From the NCBI GenBank assembly GCA_025451535.1, contig JANWKE010000155.1, forward strand, positions 1,276 through 65,275: DNA of 64,000 nucleotides, read 5' to 3'. Position numbers and translations under genes: made by a program. Of this stretch, positions 57,950-64,000 are shown in pieces. The stretch comes from Verrucomicrobiia bacterium. Lineage in GTDB: Bacteria > Verrucomicrobiota > Verrucomicrobiia > Limisphaerales > UBA11358. Position 1 is the stretch's first letter. Each line of letters opens with the position of its first letter. The notes beneath the pieces are model-generated. The model was not told where the DNA came from. It ran no database searches and saw nothing but the letters and a program-made list of their open reading frames with translations.

Positions 57950-59200
57950 ATGAGTTTTGTTGCTGAGTTCAATTCCCTGCCCATACCGTCGCTGGTACAA
58001 AAATCCTTGCGGGTGGACGTGCCAGCGGCGCGCGCGAGTCTGGCCAAACCCCGGTTATCGCTGACGGATTTTGCGCCGTTGATTTCGCCGGCAGGGGCGG
58101 AATTGCTCGAAACGCTTTCCCGGTGTTCGCACCAATTGACCCAGCAACGTTTCGGCAAGGTGATTCGTCTCTTCGCCCCGCTCTACCTCTCCAATGAATG
58201 CGTCAACAACTGCCGCTACTGTGGCTTCTCGCGCGATAACCCGATCCTGCGCGTCACCCTGTCGCTGGATGAGGTGAAACGCGAGGCCCGGGCGCTTAAG
58301 GAACAGGGGTTCCGCAATGTCCTGCTCGTCGCGGGTGAGCATCCGAAATTTGTTTCGGCGGCTTACCTCGAAGATTGTGTTCGCGCCCTGCATGAGGCAA
58401 TCCCCAGTGTGTCGTTGGAAGTCGGACCGCTGGAAACAGCGGAATACCATCCGCTGGTGGCGGCGGGGGCGGACGGGCTGGTGGTTTATCAGGAAACCGA
58501 TGACCGCGCCGTTTACGCGCAAATGCACACCGCCGGGCCGAAGCGAAATTTTGCTTGGCGGCTCGAAACGCCGGAACGCGCTTACGCCGCGGGCTTCCGG
58601 CGGCTCGGCATCAGCCCGCTTTACGGCCTGGCCGACTGGCGCTACGAGGCCATCAGTGTCGCCGCGCACGCGGATTATTTGTTGCGGAATTGCTGGAAGG
58701 CGCAATTGACCATTTCCCTGCCGCGGTTGCGTCCTTGTGCCGGTGAATTTCAGCCGCTCACGCCCATGAGCGACCGCGACCTGGCACAGCTCGTCTGCGC
58801 CTTCCGCATCATGTTCCCCGATGCCGGTCTGGTCCTTTCCACCCGTGAACCGTCAAAATTGCGCGACGGCCTGATTCCGTTGGGCATCACGCTGATCAGC
58901 GCGGGCAGTCATACCGAACCCGGCGGTTACACCGGCGCCGGCCGGGAAAAATTGCACCAGACCGTGCGCGGACGCATCGTGGAACTGGGCGCCAGCGAAT
59001 GGGCAACGGTGGGGCAAGCGTCCGCGCGGGCCGAATCTAAAACGGGCGGCCCGTCAGCCGCCCCGCCCCGCCCATTGACCAATGCCACCGGGCAATTTGA
59101 CGTCGCTGACGAACGTTCGCCGGGCGAGGTGGCGGAACGGATTCGCCAGCTCGGCTACGAACCGGTCTGGAAGGATTGGGACCTGGCGCTGACAACTTGA
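57950..59200 (+). CDS. thiH: 2-iminoacetate synthase (radical SAM)
   Basis: FAPLYLSN.C.N.C.YCGF, YQET, ISLPRLRP, LSTRE, SAGS.T.PGGY, GQF...DER, PVWKDWD. Confidence 0.95.
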   Translation: MSFVAEFNSLPIPSLVQKSLRVDVPAARASLAKPRLSLTDFAPLISPAGAELLETLSRCSHQLTQQRFGKVIRLFAPLYLSNECVNNCRYCGFSRDNPILRVTLSLDEVKREARALKEQGFRNVLLVAGEHPKFVSAAYLEDCVRALHEAIPSVSLEVGPLETAEYHPLVAAGADGLVVYQETDDRAVYAQMHTAGPKRNFAWRLETPERAYAAGFRRLGISPLYGLADWRYEAISVAAHADYLLRNCWKAQLTISLPRLRPCAGEFQPLTPMSDRDLAQLVCAFRIMFPDAGLVLSTREPSKLRDGLIPLGITLISAGSHTEPGGYTGAGREKLHQTVRGRIVELGASEWATVGQASARAESKTGGPSAAPPRPLTNATGQFDVADERSPGEVAERIRQLGYEPVWKDWDLALTT

Positions 59201-59206
59201 AGCGGG

Positions 59207-59300
59207 AACAACCAACATCGAACATCCAACGCCCAACCTCCAATGAAATCCCGGCGTGAGAAATTGGATGTTCGGTGTTCAATGTTGGTTGTTGGATGTT
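59207..59300. repeat. heptamer-periodic inverted repeat (AACATCC/GGATGTT)
   Basis: Five 7-mers on each arm. Confidence 0.8.
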
Positions 59301-59307
59301 TTGAATT

Positions 59308-59514
59308 ATGAATTCGTCGGTCATTGCCAACGGAAAGCCAATGGAGGCGAAACTGCCGTGCTCGGTTGAGGAATTTCTCGTCGCGCAAAAGCTCCCGCCG
59401 CGCAGCGTGGTGGTGGAGCACAACGGCGAAGCGGTGGCACCCTCGGAATTTTCCCGCCGTACCCTCAACGCGGGCGACCGCCTGGAGATCGTCAAAATCG
59501 TCGCGGGCGGCTGA
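59308..59514 (+). CDS. thiS: sulfur carrier protein ThiS
   Basis: NG...VVVE.NG...GD.LEIV..VAGG, C-terminal GG. Confidence 0.93.
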   Translation: MNSSVIANGKPMEAKLPCSVEEFLVAQKLPPRSVVVEHNGEAVAPSEFSRRTLNAGDRLEIVKIVAGG

Positions 59515-59520
59515 TTTTCA

Positions 59521-59603
59521 GTTCAAGGGTTCATGTTTCAAGTTCAAAGTTCATTTGATCCGCAATTGCGGACTTTAAACCGGGAACTTTGAACTTTGAA
59601 CTT
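59521..59603. repeat. heptamer-periodic inverted repeat (GTTCAAA/TTTGAAC)
   Basis: gttcaag..gttcaaagttca ... gaactttgaactttgaac around a TCCGCAATTGCGGA core. Confidence 0.7.
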
Positions 59604-59631
59604 CGTTCCATTGCATTAAGCTGCGGCCATT

Positions 59632-60048
59632 ATGGATTGGCTGACCCATCTCATCTGGAACGACCTCATCTGGCACAACGGTAAATTGTTCGGCATCGAT
59701 TGGGGTTTCTGGAAGGCCGTCGGCTGGTTGGGCAACGCGATTTTTTCGTCGCGATTTCTGGTCCAATGGTATGTCACGGAAAAAAAGAAGCGGGTCGTGG
59801 TGCCGCAGGCGTTCTGGTGGTTAAGCCTCGTCGGTTCGCTGACGTTTCTTTGTTACTCAATTCACCAGCAGGATTCCGTTTTCATTTTTGCCTACGCGTT
59901 CACCTGGCTGCCGTACACCCGGAATCTGATGATCCATCGGCAGCATAAGAATGCGCACGTGGCTTGTCCGGCCTGCGGGAAAAGCTGCCCGCCGCAATCC
60001 AATTTCTGCCCCAACTGCGGCGCGCGGCTGGTGGCGGTTACGGCTTAG
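59632..60048 (+). CDS. lipid A biosynthesis N-terminal (LAB_N) domain protein with zinc ribbon
   Basis: G..G...F..RF.VQW...E......P.AFW..SL.G; CPACG...FCPNCG. Confidence 0.85.
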   Translation: MDWLTHLIWNDLIWHNGKLFGIDWGFWKAVGWLGNAIFSSRFLVQWYVTEKKKRVVVPQAFWWLSLVGSLTFLCYSIHQQDSVFIFAYAFTWLPYTRNLMIHRQHKNAHVACPACGKSCPPQSNFCPNCGARLVAVTA

Positions 60049-60394
60049 GCGCGGAATTGGTGACCCCAGCCGGCGTCAGCGGAATGCCGTATTTTTTCAA
60101 AATGGGCTGGAAGTCCGGGTGCGCCTGGCCGTAAGTGACGAGCGCCTGGACGAATTTCTGGATATTGGGGAGATTTTTATTGTAATTCTGAATGACCTCG
60201 CGGGCTTGCGGTTCCAACGTGCCGAGGTCGTTGCCAAACGTGTGAGCTTGATAAAATAAATACGTCGCCAGCGTGCCGCTGATGACAATCAGCACCAGGA
60301 GCAGGTGGGTAATTTGACGGCGCAGTGACGCAACCTGGCCGGCCAGATCGTCCGGGGCGGGAGAGTTCGTTTGAGGTTCGTTCATGGTAATCAA
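60038..60394 (-). CDS. small single-TM coiled-coil protein
   Basis: TM helix, heptad region, YGQAHPDF motif. Confidence 0.7.
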   Translation of the reverse strand: MITMNEPQTNSPAPDDLAGQVASLRRQITHLLLVLIVISGTLATYLFYQAHTFGNDLGTLEPQAREVIQNYNKNLPNIQKFVQALVTYGQAHPDFQPILKKYGIPLTPAGVTNSAPKP

Positions 60395-60642
60395 CGGGTC
60401 GCGGGTTTCGCTTCAAAAGGTTGAATAACGTGGTTGATATCCGGATGCACTTTCCCGTAAACGAGGGCCTCGTTCAGCAAAAGATTCAAGCGGTTGAGGT
60501 TGCTCTGACAGGCGATGGTCTGGGCCTGAAGGTTGCGAAGCTGGCGCGAGCGAAAAATGCTTTGCAATGCGAAAAGCACGCTCGCCAGCACCACGACGGC
60601 CAGCACCAGGGTTAAAACAGTATTGGTGGTTTCACTTTTCAT
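60391..60642 (-). CDS. small single-TM coiled-coil protein
   Basis: TM helix, heptad region, YGKVHPDI motif. Confidence 0.7.
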   Translation of the reverse strand: MKSETTNTVLTLVLAVVVLASVLFALQSIFRSRQLRNLQAQTIACQSNLNRLNLLLNEALVYGKVHPDINHVIQPFEAKPATR

Positions 60643-60755
60643 AACGAATCCGCTGAATTTAGCGAATTGTCGGCAAATGTCCACTGCGATTTTAACGGTG
60701 AAAAATGGGTTGATTTCAGGCCCGCCGGCTGGCATTAGTGTCTGCAAATTCAACT

Positions 60756-60974
60756 TTGCCCAAAGAAGAACCAATTGAATTATCCGGCAGCGTAACGCAA
60801 GTGCTGCCCGGCACGATGTTCCGGGTGGCGTTGCCGAATGGTCATGAGGTTCTGGCGCACATCTCCGGCAAAATGCGGAAGAATTTCATCCGCATCAGCG
60901 TCGGCGACAAGGTCAACGTCGAAATGTCACCCTACGATTTGAACAAGGCCCGCATCACCTACCGGCACTCGTAA
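60756..60974 (+). CDS. infA: translation initiation factor IF-1
   Basis: KEE.IE..G.V...[40 protein letters not shown]; start uncertain (TTG 60756 or GTG 60738). Confidence 0.95.
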   Translation: MPKEEPIELSGSVTQVLPGTMFRVALPNGHEVLAHISGKMRKNFIRISVGDKVNVEMSPYDLNKARITYRHS

Positions 60975-61046
60975 TTTGCGATTTATGATTGACGATTTAC
61001 GAATCCATCCGAAATTGCCGCCGGCGCGTAAATCATAAATCGTAAA
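60974..61046. repeat. heptamer-periodic inverted repeat (ATTTACG/CGTAAAT)
   Basis: atttgcg atttatg attgacg atttacg ... cgtaaat cataaat cgtaaa. Confidence 0.8.
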
Positions 61047-61052
61047 GAAAAC

Positions 61053-62447
61053 ATGAAAATCCACTTTTTGGGCGCCACCCGCACCACCACCGGCTCGATG
61101 TATCTGCTGGAAGTCAACGGCAAACGCCTGCTGCTCGAATGCGGCCTGTTCCAGGGCCATCGCGAGGAGACCACGCAGCGTAATTGTTGCTTCCCCTTTG
61201 ACCCGCGCCAGCTTGACGCCGTGGTCCTGAGCCACGCACACATTGACCACTCCGGTAATCTGCCGAACCTCGCCAAACAGGGATACGACGGCCCGATCCA
61301 TTGCACCGACGCCACGCGTGACCTGTGCGGCATCATGCTCATTGATTCGGCCCGCATTCAGGAGCAGGACGCCGTCTTCGTCTCCAAATGGCGCGCCAAA
61401 AAACATCAGCCGCCCGTCGAACCGCTCTACCGCGTGCCCGACGCCGAAAAAGCCGTGAAACAACTCGCCGGTCATCCCTACGACAATTCATTTTCGCCGG
61501 TGGCGGGTGTGACCGTTGCGTTCAAGGACGCGGGGCACATTCTCGGCTCCGCGCAGGTGGTGCTGGACATAAGCGAAGGCGGGCGAAAATTCCGCTGGCT
61601 CTTCAGCGGCGATGTGGGCCGGGGCGGCGATGAAATTCTCCGCGACCCCGTGCCGGTCGAAAATGTGGATTATCTGCAAATCGAATCCACCTACGGCGGG
61701 CGCGAACACGCTGTCCGCCAGGACGCCGACGAAACCGTCTGCCGGCTTGTTGGCGGCGCGCTCAACCAGAAGGGCAGGGTCATCATCCCCTCGTTTTCCG
61801 TCGGGCGCACGCAGCAGATTGTCTATGTGCTGCACCAGATCACGGATAGCGGCTGCCTGCCACGCGTGCCGATTTTCGTGGACAGCCCGTTAAGCGTGAA
61901 CGCGACGGAGGTGTACCGCCGGCACACGGAATGTTTCAACGACACGATCAAAAAGTTCCTGCGCGAACAGGAAAACCCCTTTGGCATGGCGAACCTCACC
62001 TACATCAGCGACGCCGAAGATTCCAAAAAACTCAACGATCGCCCCGAGCCGATGGTCATTATCAGCGCCTCCGGCATGTGCGAGGCCGGGCGCATCCGGC
62101 ATCATCTGAAAAATAACATCGGCGACAAAAAGAATCTGGTCCTGTTCATCGGCTATTGCGCCGAAGGCACACTGGGCGACCAGATCACCCGGGGCAAATC
62201 ACCCGTGAACATCTTTGGCGACCCGTGTGACGTCCGCGCCAACGTGGTTTCACTTGACACCTATTCCGGCCATGCCGACAAAAACGAATTGAGGAGCTAC
62301 GTTCAGAAAATCACCGGCAATGTCCGCCGGATCTTCTGCATTCACGGCGAAGAATCGCAATGTCTCGCCCATGCCGAGACGCTTCGTCAGATGAAGCCAA
62401 ACGCCGAAGTGCTCGTGCCGGCATACCAACAGGTGGTTTCAGTTTGA
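61053..62447 (+). CDS. MBL-fold beta-CASP ribonuclease (YSH1-like)
   Basis: SHAHIDH, AGHILGS, ESTYG, F.VGR.Q, SGM...GR..HHL, SGHAD. Confidence 0.92.
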   Translation: MKIHFLGATRTTTGSMYLLEVNGKRLLLECGLFQGHREETTQRNCCFPFDPRQLDAVVLSHAHIDHSGNLPNLAKQGYDGPIHCTDATRDLCGIMLIDSARIQEQDAVFVSKWRAKKHQPPVEPLYRVPDAEKAVKQLAGHPYDNSFSPVAGVTVAFKDAGHILGSAQVVLDISEGGRKFRWLFSGDVGRGGDEILRDPVPVENVDYLQIESTYGGREHAVRQDADETVCRLVGGALNQKGRVIIPSFSVGRTQQIVYVLHQITDSGCLPRVPIFVDSPLSVNATEVYRRHTECFNDTIKKFLREQENPFGMANLTYISDAEDSKKLNDRPEPMVIISASGMCEAGRIRHHLKNNIGDKKNLVLFIGYCAEGTLGDQITRGKSPVNIFGDPCDVRANVVSLDTYSGHADKNELRSYVQKITGNVRRIFCIHGEESQCLAHAETLRQMKPNAEVLVPAYQQVVSV

Positions 62448-62486
62448 TTAAAGAGCTCCCTCGCGTAGCCTAGAACGGTCAACGGC

Positions 62487-63530
62487 ATGAAGATCAAACG
62501 AAATGCAACCTGTCTGGTTACCGGCGGCGCAGGCTTTATCGGATCGCACTTGATTGATTCTCTGCTGGCTGACCCGGCAACGAAAGAAGTCAGGGTTCTG
62601 GACAATTTTTCCTCCGGCCGGCGCGAGCACCTGGCTCAACACGCAAAAAATTCCCGGCTGAAAGTCCATAAGCTGGACCTTCTGGACTCTAAAAAAGCCG
62701 CGCCGCATTTTCGGGGCGTTGAACAGGTCTTCCATCTGGCGGCCAACCCCGACGCCCGCTGGGGTTTGGACAATACCCGTCTGGATCTCGAACAGGAAAC
62801 GATTGTCACCTACAACGTCCTGGAAGCCATGCGGCGCCATCATGTGCCGCGAATTGTCTTTTCCAGTTCCGGCACCGTTTATGGCGATGTGGGTACGACT
62901 GTGACGCATGAAGCCCTGGGCCCATGCCTGCCGGTCAGCCTTTATGGGGCGGGCAAGGTCGCCTCGGAAGCGCTCATCACTGGTTTTTGCAGCAGCTTTG
63001 GACTGCGCGGCATCATTTTAAGGTTTGGCAACATCGTCGGCGAACGCACCACCCATGGCGTGATTTACGATTTCATCCGGCAATTGGCGAAAAATTCGCA
63101 GAAGCTGAAGGTCCTGGGAAACGGTCACCAGGCCAAACCTTATGTCTATGTGCGTGATTTGGTGGATGCTCTCATTTTCGGCGCAAAACGCTGCGCGGAA
63201 CTGGAAGCAGGGAAATTCGACGTTTTCAACGTCGCGCCGGATGCCGCCACGTCGGTGCGGTTCATTGCGAATGAATTGATTGACCAGCTGGGATTCAAGG
63301 GCCGGACGAAAATCTCCTACGGGGATACTGTTGCGGGCTGGCCGGGAGACGTTCCGCAATCCAGAATGGATTCCACGAAACTTCGGAAAGCCGGTTTCTC
63401 GCTGCCGCGGACCTCGGATGAAGCCTTGAGCTTTGCCATCCACCGCATCATCAGCTGGCTGGCGGCGCGTGGAGAAACTGCAGAGGGTTTGAAACTGCCG
63501 CCCGACGCCTCGCCCCGGAATCTGGAGTGA
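62487..63530 (+). CDS. NAD-dependent nucleotide-sugar epimerase/dehydratase
   Basis: TGGAGFIGSH, HLAANP, SS..VYG, YGAGK (YxxxK). Confidence 0.92.
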   Translation: MKIKRNATCLVTGGAGFIGSHLIDSLLADPATKEVRVLDNFSSGRREHLAQHAKNSRLKVHKLDLLDSKKAAPHFRGVEQVFHLAANPDARWGLDNTRLDLEQETIVTYNVLEAMRRHHVPRIVFSSSGTVYGDVGTTVTHEALGPCLPVSLYGAGKVASEALITGFCSSFGLRGIILRFGNIVGERTTHGVIYDFIRQLAKNSQKLKVLGNGHQAKPYVYVRDLVDALIFGAKRCAELEAGKFDVFNVAPDAATSVRFIANELIDQLGFKGRTKISYGDTVAGWPGDVPQSRMDSTKLRKAGFSLPRTSDEALSFAIHRIISWLAARGETAEGLKLPPDASPRNLE

Positions 63531-63678
63531 CCAGGCGACATCAACTTGCGTAGTCTGCGGGCCAACGGCATGATCGACCAACGCACATCCCCCAAGCGCT
63601 GGTCTCTGAAACCACCGCACGGCTGATGCCGCTTTATTGAAAGGCTGATCAGGAAATGTCACGCGCGAAGCGCCTGGC

Positions 63679-64000
63679 TCATTCTGCTGCATTGGATGGC
63701 TGGTGCTGGACGGGGCCGAAGAAAAGGAAACGGAACAGTGTGGTCCCAATCCCCCGGGCGGCAAACTGCGGCCAGTACCAGTAATTGAAGACCAAGCCGG
63801 GCAGAAGCGGCCCGAGCACCAGAGCCCCCAAACCAAGCGGGGAGAAATAAACCAGAGAGAGAGAAAGCATCAGACTGAAAATATTGGTAGCCAACGTCAC
63901 CCACAAATGTGGCAGGCGATTTTCGCTGGCGATCAGCGTCGTCCACAACGAAAACTGCATTTCAAAGAACATATACAGCGCCAGCAGCAGCATCCAGGGC
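63679..64000 (-). CDS. C-terminus of a polysaccharide flippase-like membrane protein (partial)
   Basis: Hydrophobic helices, LG..ALV.GP...FNYW.W; gene begins outside the window. Confidence 0.55.
   Translation of the reverse strand, partial: PWMLLLALYMFFEMQFSLWTTLIASENRLPHLWVTLATNIFSLMLSLSLVYFSPLGLGALVLGPLLPGLVFNYWYWPQFAARGIGTTLFRFLFFGPVQHQPSNAAE

Noticed and set aside
57890..57950. TPP riboswitch upstream of thiH
   Set aside because: No CTGAGA...GAACCTGA consensus visible in the leader.

Overview
A 64 kb chromosomal segment of a GC-rich bacterium, probably Verrucomicrobiota (Pedosphaerales/Limisphaerales-like). That placement is inferred from PEP-CTERM proteins, an H-X9-DG pilin-like protein, an ECF sigma with a long membrane extension and a Kelch protein with a verrucomicrobial-type C-terminal tail. 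Core genes are prfC, an ABC-F ATPase, pyruvate:ferredoxin oxidoreductase, the mreBCD-mrdA-rodA-Rne/Rng operon, hisB, thiH/thiS, infA, a tRNA(CAT) and a pilin-ABC-TPR cluster, interspersed with accessory stress and detox genes. The most notable unannotated structure lies at about 9.6-20 kb. One intact cupin gene (15061-15522) is flanked by gene cassettes whose borders carry decayed, allelically divergent pieces of the same gene: 3' pieces downstream and 5' pieces upstream. This looks like a gene-anchored, bidirectional cassette-accretion locus with no integrase, and a similar anchor-cassette-remnant pattern recurs at the ECF sigma gene. Other signals are GTAG-type REP doublets inserted in frame into prfC, the ABC-F gene, thiH and htrA; a conserved ~135-nt leader on two RRM genes; a short ORF coupled to a B12-radical SAM/STAS-like fusion; a cytochrome-porin-cytochrome operon; and heptamer-periodic intergenic hairpins. 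No CRISPR array, integrase or transposase was seen. All calls come from reading the sequence by eye; no database searches were run.
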